Below are positions 46,087 through 55,587 of a stretch of 64,000 nt of DNA, piece after piece. Origin of the DNA: Candidatus Woesebacteria bacterium RBG_13_46_13 (lineage in GTDB: Bacteria; Patescibacteriota; Microgenomatia; UBA8517). Numbering within the stretch: position 1 is the stretch's first letter; every line of letters starts with the position of its first letter. A program made the translations under genes and the position numbers. The notes below the pieces were generated by a model. It saw only the letters and a program-made list of their open reading frames with translations. It searched no databases and was not told the DNA's origin. Location: contig MGFR01000001.1 of the NCBI GenBank assembly GCA_001791995.1, positions 78,880 through 142,879 on the forward strand, written 5' to 3'.

Positions 46087-48450
46087 ATGGCTGACGATTC
46101 TAAATTCAAGACGCCCAGCGAGAAAACCGTTAAGTTCCTCTACGACGGCGTCGTGGCCTTCTATCCCGATGTTGCCAAGGAAGTCTTTCTTTTGGGAAAG
46201 ACAACCCTTCCTTTCCATGAGGCTTGGGGGGGTTTTAAACGTTTGGAGTTTTTGGAGTTTGCTCTAAATTCGACCGGCACGGAGTCCATTGAAGAGGCTG
46301 CGGCCGCAATCAGAGATTGGAAAGAAGGACGGCGCCTTGAACGAACAATCCCAGACAAACTGGACGAAATGGTTGCCAGGCTTGAGGAACAGGAAAGGCT
46401 GTCCCGGGAAAAAGGACAAAAAGCTGCCTCTGCTTATGAAAAGCAGAAGTTGGCCAAGGATGCTCTGCTTGAAAGCCAGAGGGCTAAGGAGACGGTCCCG
46501 GCACCCGTTTCTCCAGCCGTAGAGGCCCCAACTGCATCCCCCGAGGAAGTTTTGGCTGTTGGAGTTAAAACGACTGTTGAGCCGGGGCACTTTGTCCAAA
46601 AGGTAGTCAATAAAACCGTTTCGCTTCCTCTGCGTACGGCCATCTCCTTGGCATATCCCGCAATCAAAGAAAGCGTCGGCCCTGCCCCTGCGACCGCAAT
46701 GCTGCTTTGGGCCAAGGGCGTTCCTAGCCAAAAACTTGAGGGAAAGGCGGTTGCCCTACCCAGCAAGGAGGCTAAGAAGTTCGACGAACTCGTTAAAGCC
46801 ATCAAGGGGATAGAATCTGGCCGCTCTTTGCAAACCAGGATCCTTCAGGCGTCCTTTAGAATTAAAGATGTCACGCTGCTTCTGGGCCCCGATACGGGAC
46901 TAACACAAGCTCAAGTCTCTCTTTTTTTTAATCCTCCGGAAACTGGTGGGGTTGCTGCCATTCCCCACCAGTCTTTCTTTGGGAATCTCGTTTCCCGCGC
47001 TGGACAACAACTGTTCGGAAAGCTTGCCTCTAGGGCGGTTAAAGCAATCGCAACCAAGGCCGGATTGGCAATCGCCGGAGAGGCCGTGGGGACTGCCGCA
47101 GGAACAGAAGCCGGTGCGGCCGTCGGAGCTGCCGCGGGGGGGCCGGCCGCCCCAGTCACGGCCATCATCGGAGCCGTCCTCGGCTGGTTGGCCAGTAAAA
47201 TTCCGGACTTAATCTCCTGGCTAAAAAGAAACGCCAAGGAGTTCGGCGTAGCGGCGGCAGGGCTTCTTGCCGCCGGAGTTTTCTTCAGAAACCCTTTCCT
47301 GTTGGTCGCTGGGCTAGGGGTCGGAGGAATTGCTTTGGGAGCAGGAGGACTGCAGTCAGCCGGAATGGCTGCGGCAGGGGCTGTTCAGGGTGTTCTGGCG
47401 GGAATTACCGGGATGTTGTTGCCGTCTATCGCCGTGCCCGTCTTGGTGTCTTTGGTTGCCGTTCCGGTAGTCGTGGCCCTAATCCTTTTTATTATCAACT
47501 CTGGTGCTTATATCGTTCCTCCCAGCCCGAGCTCGTTATACGGGGCGATTGAGTCTCCTTATATAGGAATAGAGAAGACAGCCAGCCCTGAGTGTATGCA
47601 CCGAGCCGGCTGTCCCGGCTTTGGCCCTGTTACCTACCATGTCAAAATTTGGGCGAAGAAAGGAACCCTAACCAACATCTCCATCAAAAATGAATATGAA
47701 ATTATCAGCAGGACCAATCCGCCCTTTACGCCTCCTTCGGTGCCTGAAATCGACAGCCCCCCCGATTTTATCTCCCCTACCCGCGCCTATGAATTTACCT
47801 ATACGTTAACCGTTGGGCCGTCCCTGGATAACTCCATCGTTTCCGACACGATTACGGTTACCGCCGACGCTCCCGGCCAAAACGGCGCCCTGGCCAGCCA
47901 AAGCGCTGCCGTAATTGTCGGCAACCCTCCAGTTTCCTGTCCTCTCCCTGGAGGGCAATCCCAACCAATTCATTGGTCCTATCATCCCGGTAACGAATCC
48001 GGAGGCCACGGCAGCAACGATTACTGGAGAAGAATGGGCGGCTCATCTTGTAGATACTCGCTACCCCAGGGGGCGAACTGCTATGGGCCCACCAATGGCG
48101 GCAACGTTTGTTCCAATCAGTCATCCACCTGTGATTTCTACGGCTATGCCATGGACGTCTTTCCGTCGGGCAACACTCAGGTTTTTGCCCCCACCGTCAG
48201 GGGTCAAGCCGTGACCTGGAGCTACCAAGGGGGCTTCTCGAACGCCAGCGCCGGCCAAACTTTTATCTATCGATCCGGCTCTTACTACCTGGTCTTAACC
48301 CACCTTTCCCCCGGAGCAGCCACTGGGGGGTCTATCCAATCCGGGCAAAGAATTGGCCAGCTCTTCCCGCAGGGAGGAAACACACACCTGCATATCGAAT
48401 TTTCTGTCTCGGGAAGATACGTCAGGCCAGAAGACTATTTCTGCCGCTAG
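46087..48450 (+). CDS. Large membrane protein with Gly/Ala zipper and C-terminal M23-peptidase-like domain
   Basis: Cytoplasmic helical N-terminus, Gly/Ala-rich TM region, Ig-like segment, AMDVF...VFAP...THL...GQRIG...HLHIEF. Confidence 0.7.
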   Translation: MADDSKFKTPSEKTVKFLYDGVVAFYPDVAKEVFLLGKTTLPFHEAWGGFKRLEFLEFALNSTGTESIEEAAAAIRDWKEGRRLERTIPDKLDEMVARLEEQERLSREKGQKAASAYEKQKLAKDALLESQRAKETVPAPVSPAVEAPTASPEEVLAVGVKTTVEPGHFVQKVVNKTVSLPLRTAISLAYPAIKESVGPAPATAMLLWAKGVPSQKLEGKAVALPSKEAKKFDELVKAIKGIESGRSLQTRILQASFRIKDVTLLLGPDTGLTQAQVSLFFNPPETGGVAAIPHQSFFGNLVSRAGQQLFGKLASRAVKAIATKAGLAIAGEAVGTAAGTEAGAAVGAAAGGPAAPVTAIIGAVLGWLASKIPDLISWLKRNAKEFGVAAAGLLAAGVFFRNPFLLVAGLGVGGIALGAGGLQSAGMAAAGAVQGVLAGITGMLLPSIAVPVLVSLVAVPVVVALILFIINSGAYIVPPSPSSLYGAIESPYIGIEKTASPECMHRAGCPGFGPVTYHVKIWAKKGTLTNISIKNEYEIISRTNPPFTPPSVPEIDSPPDFISPTRAYEFTYTLTVGPSLDNSIVSDTITVTADAPGQNGALASQSAAVIVGNPPVSCPLPGGQSQPIHWSYHPGNESGGHGSNDYWRRMGGSSCRYSLPQGANCYGPTNGGNVCSNQSSTCDFYGYAMDVFPSGNTQVFAPTVRGQAVTWSYQGGFSNASAGQTFIYRSGSYYLVLTHLSPGAATGGSIQSGQRIGQLFPQGGNTHLHIEFSVSGRYVRPEDYFCR

Positions 48451-48464
48451 TGTAAAATAAAAAA

Positions 48465-48920
48465 ATGAAGGCTTTTTTAAAGAAATACAGATTCGTTATT
48501 CTCCTGATAGCTATTTTTCTCTTGATCGCTGCTTTCTTGTTGGTCAAAAAAAATCAAAGCCCAGCCCCTTCCCCCACCCCAACCCCTACCCCACTTCAAC
48601 TTGTCCAGTTTTATCCTTCCCAGGGAGAACAAGAAATTGCGGTGCCCTTGGTTGCCCTGGCCTACACCTTTTCGACCCCCGTTGATTCCTCTACTGCAAA
48701 TATTATTATTTCCCCCTTTGTCGGCTTTGAACTTTCAACCGATGCCAGCGGAAAAATTCTCTATATCACCCCCACCGCAGAATGGAAATACGACACTCTG
48801 TACAAGGTTACAATAACGATAAGCTCTAAAGAGGGGGTTACACTTTCTACACCAGTGGAGCATTCATTCCTGTTCAAGAAGGTCAGCAAAAGCAACTTCG
48901 ACGAAAACTGGGCTCTTTAA
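48465..48920 (+). CDS. Membrane-anchored Ig-like (Big_5-like) protein
   Basis: TM, PSPTPTPTP linker, YP..G...TFSTPVD...LYITP..W..DT.YKVTI. Confidence 0.7.
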   Translation: MKAFLKKYRFVILLIAIFLLIAAFLLVKKNQSPAPSPTPTPTPLQLVQFYPSQGEQEIAVPLVALAYTFSTPVDSSTANIIISPFVGFELSTDASGKILYITPTAEWKYDTLYKVTITISSKEGVTLSTPVEHSFLFKKVSKSNFDENWAL

Positions 48921-50020
48921 GACTGAACCCTGACCGGCATGATTAGGTGGATAAAATCAGGGTCGGAGGCGTCCTTAAAGACCCCTGGTGAGCCTGGGGA
49001 CGAAAGCTCAACCCTGAGTGTCTCTCCCTTAATCGCGTGCAGTAGCTCTTCCAAAAAACGATAGTTAAAGGCAATTTCAAGACCCGGCCCTTCGGTTTTG
49101 GCCTCAACCTGTGTTTTTTGGTTTCCGGCCTGAGAGCTTTCAGCAAGAACTTCGACTGAGTTTTTCCCGATTGAGAGTTTTACAATGTTGGCCGAATCCC
49201 GGGCAAAGACCGAGGCCAACTTCACCGCTCTCAAAAAGTCTTCCTTGTCCAATTCCAGCGAAAGAGAACTTTGCTTTGGCATTATTTTTTCGAAATCGGG
49301 GAAATCCCCCTCCAGAACTCTTGAGGAAAGGACTGTATCCGAAAAACCAAAGACAATCTGGTTTTCCTTTTCTTTGTAGTCAAATAGAATTTCCTGCTCC
49401 TCCGGCGCCAGCCTTAAACACTCTATTAAGGCCGTTTTGGGGATAATTACCCGAGAGTTTAACTTACCCGGCAAGGAGATTTTTTTCTGGGAGAGCCTAA
49501 ACCCGTCAGTGGCAACCAGCGTTAACTTTCCAGAAGCGAAGATCATCAATGCCCCAGTAAGTACTGGTCTGGTTTCGTCTATCGAGGTCGAGAACAAGAC
49601 TTGCCCCAGAGCATTAAGGAAAGGCTCTTTGGGAAAAGGAACGGCCCTGGCTACTTCAATTTTTTGCGGAACCGAGGGAAAATCCGCCGAGTTCATTCCG
49701 GAAAGCACGAGGGTAGAGCTTTGGGATTCGATTTTAAGCTGCTCCTTTTCCGAAGAGATAGACATACTACCAGGAAGCAGGTTGGCAACTATCTCGGTGA
49801 TGGATCTTGCAGGGACCGTAATTTCTCCCTCCTCTTTCACCTGGGCTCCGATTGAGGAGGCTACTGAAATTTCCAGGTTTGTAGAGGCAACAATAAGTTT
49901 TGTTTTGGTCGCCTTAAGCAGGATGTTTCCCAAAACGGGAAGTTGGGCCTTTGGACTAACAAAACGCGAAGCGCTTACCAGGGCCTTGTTTAGGTTTTCT
50001 TGCAAAACTTCTAATTTCAT
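48917..50020 (-). CDS. dnaN: DNA polymerase III beta clamp
   Basis: LPVLGNILL, STNLE, RPVLTG, VATDGFRL, GDFPDF, HLIMPVR. Confidence 0.97.
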   Translation of the reverse strand: MKLEVLQENLNKALVSASRFVSPKAQLPVLGNILLKATKTKLIVASTNLEISVASSIGAQVKEEGEITVPARSITEIVANLLPGSMSISSEKEQLKIESQSSTLVLSGMNSADFPSVPQKIEVARAVPFPKEPFLNALGQVLFSTSIDETRPVLTGALMIFASGKLTLVATDGFRLSQKKISLPGKLNSRVIIPKTALIECLRLAPEEQEILFDYKEKENQIVFGFSDTVLSSRVLEGDFPDFEKIMPKQSSLSLELDKEDFLRAVKLASVFARDSANIVKLSIGKNSVEVLAESSQAGNQKTQVEAKTEGPGLEIAFNYRFLEELLHAIKGETLRVELSSPGSPGVFKDASDPDFIHLIMPVRVQS

Positions 50021-50040
50021 TTCAGTTAGAGTATACCCTA

Positions 50041-50185
50041 TTTTTATTATTCAAATAGTAGGGGTAGTAGTAGGGGTTGTTCATATGTGGAAAGACGAGC
50101 CTGTTTGAGCGTGTGGTCTTTGTTTAAAACAGTCACGGGGATTTGTGGAAAAACCTGTGGACAACTTTAGCCTGGATGTTGATAA
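50041..50185. other. Replication origin (oriC, dnaA-dnaN part): DnaA boxes, trio-like repeats, AT-rich DUE
   Basis: TGTGGAAAA 50144, TGTGGACAA 50156, TGTTGATAA 50177, TGTGGAAAG 50086; TAG-type trinucleotide run at ~50056-50073 next to TTTTTATTATTCAAA. Confidence 0.8.
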
Positions 50186-50208
50186 GTGGGGTTCTCGATA
50201 ATCTGTCC

Positions 50209-51576
50209 TCATAGCGAATTTTTTATCCCCAAGATATCCTGACGGATTTGCACATCGTTCGAGAGCAAGAAACTAATCTTTTCCACAGCGTGCATCACGG
50301 TGGTGTGGTCCCTTCCTCCCACCAGTCTTCCGACTTCTACCAAAGGCAGTTGCAGCTGGGTCCGTAGGAGGTACATCAAAATCTGTCTCGGTCTGGCAAC
50401 GGGCCTGGCACGGGAAGCCCCCAAGAGGCTTCTTTTGCCCAGAGAATAATATTTAGCAACAGAGTTAACAACGTCGGCGGGGCTGGCCTTAATTGGTTGT
50501 CCGTTTTCCTCCCCCCTCTTTCCCAACAACGAGCCCACGAGCTCCTCGTTTATCTCGCTATTTCTTAATCTGGCCTCGGAAGAAAGGCGCACCAAAAATC
50601 CCTCCAGCTTTCGGGCGGAGTCGATATTTCCGGCAACCATTTGGACGATGTTCATGGGCAACTCGACCCCTCTCTCTTTGGCTTTAATCTGCAAAATAGC
50701 ACAGCGCAGTTCAAAGTCTGGGGCGGAAATGTCCACGATCAGGCCGGCTTCAAATCGGCTTTTAAGCCTTTCTTCAAGCTTCGAAATTTCCGAAGGCGGC
50801 CTGTCCGACGCCAGAATGACTTGCCCCCCGGCATTGGTGACGGCGTTGAAGGTGTGGAAAAACTCTTCCTGGACAGCGTCTTTCCCGGCGATAAACTGGA
50901 TGTCGTCAACAACCAGGGTGTTGAGCCTTCGGTATTTATCCCTGAAACTTTGGGTCGTTTTGTTTCTGATCCCTTCGACGATATCGTTGGTAAACTCCTC
51001 CCCGGTGCAGAAGAGAACTTTTGCCCCGGAGTCTTTTCTTATCATTGCCACACCAACGGCATTCATCAAGTGGGTCTTTCCCACCCCGACTCCTCCCCAG
51101 ACAAAGAGCGGGTTATAAGCACTTCCCGGAGTTTTTACAACCGCTTCCGCCGCAGCCCAAGCCATTTGGTTTGAGGAAGAAACCGCAAAGTTTTCGAAAG
51201 TCAAGGCGGGTCTTATTCTGGCTTTTCTAAGGGAAGAGGCAAACCCCTCGTCGCCTTTTTCCTCCTCAAAAAGAGGAGTGGCTAAAATCCCCGCATCCGT
51301 ACTTTTAATAGGATCCTGTTTTACCGAGAAGACAAGGTCGCAAGGCTTCCCCAGAAAAGAAACCAGGGCATCCTGGAGTAGGCCGAAGTATCGGGATTCG
51401 ATTGTGGTTTTGACATAGGGGGAGTTGCAGCCAACAGAGGCGACAAAACGCTCCTTCTCTTTGTTCAGGCCCATGAGGTGTGTTTGGGAGAACCAGGTTG
51501 AAAATATCGCAGGCGAAACAGAAACCCTGACACTCTCAAGAATATCCCGCCAAAGAGTTTTATTGTCGTAGTCCAT
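50209..51576 (-). CDS. dnaA: Chromosomal replication initiator DnaA
   Basis: YNPLFVWGGVGVGKTHL, DDIQF, QEEFFHTFN, GGRDHTTVMHA. Confidence 0.97.
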   Translation of the reverse strand: MDYDNKTLWRDILESVRVSVSPAIFSTWFSQTHLMGLNKEKERFVASVGCNSPYVKTTIESRYFGLLQDALVSFLGKPCDLVFSVKQDPIKSTDAGILATPLFEEEKGDEGFASSLRKARIRPALTFENFAVSSSNQMAWAAAEAVVKTPGSAYNPLFVWGGVGVGKTHLMNAVGVAMIRKDSGAKVLFCTGEEFTNDIVEGIRNKTTQSFRDKYRRLNTLVVDDIQFIAGKDAVQEEFFHTFNAVTNAGGQVILASDRPPSEISKLEERLKSRFEAGLIVDISAPDFELRCAILQIKAKERGVELPMNIVQMVAGNIDSARKLEGFLVRLSSEARLRNSEINEELVGSLLGKRGEENGQPIKASPADVVNSVAKYYSLGKRSLLGASRARPVARPRQILMYLLRTQLQLPLVEVGRLVGGRDHTTVMHAVEKISFLLSNDVQIRQDILGIKNSL

Positions 51577-51648
51577 AGCTGTCGGTATACATATGGCTTT
51601 TCTGGAGCAGTGGGGTGCACGAAAGTTAGCCCTATGACCCAATGCACT

Positions 51649-51666
51649 ATTATAAACTTATCCACA
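51649..51666 (-). promoter_or_regulatory. dnaA promoter -10 with adjacent perfect DnaA box
   Basis: TTATCCACA at 51658-51666; TATAAT on minus strand at 51649-51654. Confidence 0.7.
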
Positions 51667-51744
51667 TTTCGTCAACCCCCAAAAAACACGAAAGAAGAAA
51701 GTCTCGGCTCGAAATCTGGGTTTTCGTATGTTACAATCTAGAAC

Positions 51745-51885
51745 ATGTCGACCAAGAGAACAATGCAGCCGAGCAAGAAAAGAAGAATTAGGACTTACGG
51801 ATTTAGGGCCAGGATGAGTTCCGCCAAGGGCAGAAAGGTTTTAAAAAGGAGAAGCCTCAAGGGAAGAAAAAAAGTCTCCCTTTAA
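51745..51885 (+). CDS. rpmH: 50S ribosomal protein L34 (not in ORF track)
   Basis: [46 protein letters not shown]; canonical position. Confidence 0.95.
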   Translation: MSTKRTMQPSKKRRIRTYGFRARMSSAKGRKVLKRRSLKGRKKVSL

Positions 51886-51896
51886 AAAGTCGATAC

Positions 51897-52241
51897 ATGT
51901 TGGCAAAAGAATATCTCCTGTCGGGCAAGAAAACGTTTGAGAATGTCCTTGCCACAGGCACGTTCGTTCAGGCGGAATCCTTCGGTTTGTGTTTTCTAGA
52001 AAGAGAAGACGGGTTAAAGAGCAAGTATGGATTTATAGTATCGACCAAAGTTTCCAAGGAGGCGGTCCAAAGAAACAGGATAAAAAGGGCCTTAAGTGAG
52101 GCGGTCAGGTTTTTGACCGCCGACATTGTCGCCGGATACGACGTTGTCTTTTTGGCAAAACAGAAAGCCACAGCAATATCCACGGACAACATGATGAACG
52201 AGGTCAGGGAAACCCTAAAGAAAGCAAATCTACTGAAATGA
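51897..52241 (+). CDS. rnpA: RNase P protein
   Basis: [20 protein letters not shown] motif. Confidence 0.93.
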   Translation: MLAKEYLLSGKKTFENVLATGTFVQAESFGLCFLEREDGLKSKYGFIVSTKVSKEAVQRNRIKRALSEAVRFLTADIVAGYDVVFLAKQKATAISTDNMMNEVRETLKKANLLK

Positions 52242-52465
52242 AGAAAACTATCTTATTTTTAAACAGTCTTTATAAAAGATTTATTTCAGTGCTCCTGCGT
52301 AATTTGTTTGGCGAAGGCTGTCGCTATTCGCCGACCTGCAGCGCTTACTCGGCCGAAGCCATAGAAAGATTCGGAGTAGTTAAGGGGACAGCCTTAAGTT
52401 TAAAAAGAATTGCGCGTTGTCATCCTTTTGCCAAAGGCGGGCTTGATCCGGTACCAGCAAAATGA
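52238..52465 (+). CDS. yidD: Membrane protein insertion efficiency factor
   Basis: [24 protein letters not shown]. Confidence 0.95.
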   Translation: MKKTILFLNSLYKRFISVLLRNLFGEGCRYSPTCSAYSAEAIERFGVVKGTALSLKRIARCHPFAKGGLDPVPAK

Positions 52466-53289
52466 ATATCTTTACCACATTTTTGATCCAGCCCTTAACC
52501 AACGGGCTGATACTGTTCTATAAACTCCTGGGAGGGAATCTGGGGATTGCGATTATTGCTTTTAGTCTTGCTTTGAGGTTTATTCTTAACCCCCTGACAA
52601 AACCCTACATGCAGTCGATGAAAAAAATGAAAGAGCTTCAGCCTCAACTGGATAAGCTCAAGAAAAAATACGCAAACGACAAGAAAGGACTACTTGAAGC
52701 CCAAGCGGAATTCTACCGCCAGGAAAAGGTAAATCCCGGAGCGGGATGTCTTCCTTACCTTCTGCAGATAGTCATACTTATCGCCCTGTTTAATGTTTTT
52801 ACCAGAGTTCTTTCTCCGGGAGTAGGAATAGAAAAACTAAACGAACTTCTTTATCAGCCTTTGCGTTTTGCACAAAACGAAACCCTAAAGACAAGCTTCC
52901 TCTATCTAAATCTGACGAAACCCGACGTATTCCGTATTCCTGGCGCTCCTTTTCCGATTCCTGGACCCCTACTTCTCTTGGCCGCTCTTTTGCAATTTGT
53001 TTCTGCAAAAATAATGGCCCCGGTGGTTAGCGCGGAGAAGAAAATTGCCCAAAAAACTGCAGGTGGGGCGGATGATATCCAGGTTGCAATGCAGCAATCG
53101 ATGACCTATACCTTTCCGCTTTTTACCTTGATCTTTGGAATGAGCTTTCCCTCGGGCCTGGCTCTCTACTGGCTTTTGTTCTCCTTCTGGCAAGCCTGGC
53201 AGCAATATCAAACGACCGGGTGGGGTGGGATGGCCCCCTGGATTTCAAAGCTCGGTTTGTTAAAATCTCAAACGAATAAAAATGGCTAA
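52462..53289 (+). CDS. yidC: Membrane insertase YidC
   Basis: [29 protein letters not shown]. Confidence 0.93.
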   Translation: MNIFTTFLIQPLTNGLILFYKLLGGNLGIAIIAFSLALRFILNPLTKPYMQSMKKMKELQPQLDKLKKKYANDKKGLLEAQAEFYRQEKVNPGAGCLPYLLQIVILIALFNVFTRVLSPGVGIEKLNELLYQPLRFAQNETLKTSFLYLNLTKPDVFRIPGAPFPIPGPLLLLAALLQFVSAKIMAPVVSAEKKIAQKTAGGADDIQVAMQQSMTYTFPLFTLIFGMSFPSGLALYWLLFSFWQAWQQYQTTGWGGMAPWISKLGLLKSQTNKNG

Positions 53290-53761
53290 GAAAAAAGAAC
53301 CCGACACACAGGGTCTAATAGAGGATTTGGCCAAGAAACTCTTGTCTCTAATGGGGACGAAAGCTAAGGTCTCGGTAGAGGAAGACAAGGAAAACGAGGC
53401 GACGGTTGTCAATATCGAAACAGAGGAGGAGAGGGGGCTATTGATCGGCCGGCACGGAGAAACTCTTAACGCTATCCAAATCCTGTTGGGAATGATGGTC
53501 AGAAGCAGTTTGGGCGAGTGGAAAAGGGTAGTGGTTAACGTTGGGGACTGGAGAGAGCGACAAGAGGAACAGCTTATAAAGTTGGCGAAAGAAGTTGCCG
53601 ATAGGGCCAAACAAACAGGGGAACCCCAGCCTTTATACAACTTGAGCGCCTCACAAAGAAGACTAATCCACATCGAGCTGGAGAAAGACTCCGAAGTGAC
53701 TACCGAATCGACAGGGGAAGGACAGGATAGGTATTTGGTTGTTACTCCCAAAGGAAAGTGA
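53282..53761 (+). CDS. jag: Jag/KhpB RNA-binding protein (KH + R3H)
   Basis: LIGRHGETLNAIQ KH motif, RRLIH R3H motif. Confidence 0.9.
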   Translation: MAKKKEPDTQGLIEDLAKKLLSLMGTKAKVSVEEDKENEATVVNIETEEERGLLIGRHGETLNAIQILLGMMVRSSLGEWKRVVVNVGDWRERQEEQLIKLAKEVADRAKQTGEPQPLYNLSASQRRLIHIELEKDSEVTTESTGEGQDRYLVVTPKGK

Positions 53762-55014
53762 CCAGCGCTTTTAAGCTAAACCCCAAAACCCTCTTTCAAT
53801 TATTTATTTTTTTACTACCGACCCAATTGGGATATCATTTTTGGCCCCAATGGGCCTATGTCTTCGGCATTAGAGTAGACTACCTCTCTCCTACAATTTT
53901 CTTAACAGATATTATTTTTGGAATTTTCTTACTTCTGTTTATTAAAAATGCAACCAAGGAAATCCGGGCAGGTTTATTAAAGGTTGCCCTGGTTGTGGCT
54001 TTGTTGGCAATAGTTAACATTGTTTTTTCAAGTAGCCCTCCTACGGCAATCTTCAAATGGCTAAAGGTAGCCGAACTTTCGCTATTGGTTTTTGTCGTAG
54101 CCAGACAAAAAGGGTTAAATTTTTCATCCTGGCTGGTTAAGCCACTAGTAACATCCGCCGCTGTATTTTCGGCAATCGGAATTGCACAGGTGCTCAAAGG
54201 CGGAACAATTGGTGGACTCTTGTATTATTTAGGCGAAAGAAGCTTTAACACCTCAACGCCCGGAATAGCCCTCTGGTCTTTTTGGGGAGAGAAGACCCTG
54301 CGGGCCTATTCAACCTTTTCCCACCCCAACTCTTTTTCCGGATACTTAGCTGTCGTCTTAATACTGACCACACATCTACTGCTAAAGGGAAAATTGTCGA
54401 AAAAATATTTACCCGCATTGTTCCTGGTACTATCAGCCTTTCTGTTGACAGTCTCTCTTGCGGCAATAGTATCCTTGGCCGCGGTATCTTTCGGATATGT
54501 CTTGGTCAGACAAGGAGGAAATTGGACAAAAAAACTTTCCGCAATGGTTCTCGTTGGTCTGGTAGTTCTTAGCATGGCAATGCCCACCTTCGCCAAGAGT
54601 TTTTATAAAGACACCAATACCTTTACGGAAAGTCTTTCAAAGAGACTCTCCCTTTCCATCAGCGCAGGACAAATGTTTTCAGAAAGGCCCCTTTTTGGTA
54701 TTGGCCTTAACAATTTTATTAGACGTTTACCGCAAGACAGTGGAATAATGCCGGCGATATGGTGGCTCCAGCCCGTCCACAACATTATTCTGCTTGTGCT
54801 CACGGAAACGGGCATTGTCGGGGCCTTAATCTTAGTGGGGATTCTGCAGATAGCTCTAACAAAAAGTTTGTCGAACAGGAGGATTGGGGTTTACTTAGCA
54901 ATTATGTTCATCCTGTTTACCGGGTTTCTCGACCACTATTGGCTCACCCTCCAACAAAACGAGATGTTGGCTGCGGGAGTATTGGGGCTATCTTTGAGAA
55001 AAAAGACCGGTTAA
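53758..55014 (+). CDS. O-antigen ligase (Wzy_C) family protein
   Basis: RAYSTFSHPN, PLFGIGLNNF, PVHNI..L.L.ETGIVG. Confidence 0.85.
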   Translation: MTSAFKLNPKTLFQLFIFLLPTQLGYHFWPQWAYVFGIRVDYLSPTIFLTDIIFGIFLLLFIKNATKEIRAGLLKVALVVALLAIVNIVFSSSPPTAIFKWLKVAELSLLVFVVARQKGLNFSSWLVKPLVTSAAVFSAIGIAQVLKGGTIGGLLYYLGERSFNTSTPGIALWSFWGEKTLRAYSTFSHPNSFSGYLAVVLILTTHLLLKGKLSKKYLPALFLVLSAFLLTVSLAAIVSLAAVSFGYVLVRQGGNWTKKLSAMVLVGLVVLSMAMPTFAKSFYKDTNTFTESLSKRLSLSISAGQMFSERPLFGIGLNNFIRRLPQDSGIMPAIWWLQPVHNIILLVLTETGIVGALILVGILQIALTKSLSNRRIGVYLAIMFILFTGFLDHYWLTLQQNEMLAAGVLGLSLRKKTG

Positions 55015-55048
55015 AAACCGATAAGTCTTCTGATAAAATAACGAAGCG

Positions 55049-55462
55049 ATGCAAAACTATTTAAGTATCTATTGCGACGGGGGAGCCAGGGGCAATCCGG
55101 GTCCGGCAGCCGCTGCTTTTGTTGTCGAAAAGTCAGGTAAGGTTATCTATAAGGAGTCCAGTTTTTTAGGCAAGGCGACAAATAACACTGCGGAGTATTC
55201 AGCCGCAAGACTGGCACTTGCTTGGTTACAAAAACAAAATGATATTCCTAAGCAGGTTGAAGTAATCATGGATTCCGAGTTAGTAGTCAAACAATTGCTC
55301 GGGATATTTAAGGTAAAGAACGAAAATCTGAGAAATTTCTATTATTCTGTAAAGTCTATCGAAAAAAATATTCCGACAAAAATTATTTATAAGTCGGTAC
55401 CCAGGATAAAGAATAAGATAGCAGACTTTTTGGTAAATGAAACTTTGGATGAAAACAGTTAA
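55049..55462 (+). CDS. rnhA: Ribonuclease HI family
   Basis: CDGGARGNPGP, TNNTAEY, DSELVVKQ, PR..N..AD. Confidence 0.92.
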   Translation: MQNYLSIYCDGGARGNPGPAAAAFVVEKSGKVIYKESSFLGKATNNTAEYSAARLALAWLQKQNDIPKQVEVIMDSELVVKQLLGIFKVKNENLRNFYYSVKSIEKNIPTKIIYKSVPRIKNKIADFLVNETLDENS

Positions 55463-55587
55463 AAATTTCACGTACCCCGTCACTTATAAAATTTCTTGCA
55501 CTTGAAAACAAAAGTTTTCCCGTTTTATTCGAAAAGCGATTTCCCAAAGAAATTGAAAAGCTGCGGAAATTGAAATACGATAAGAAA

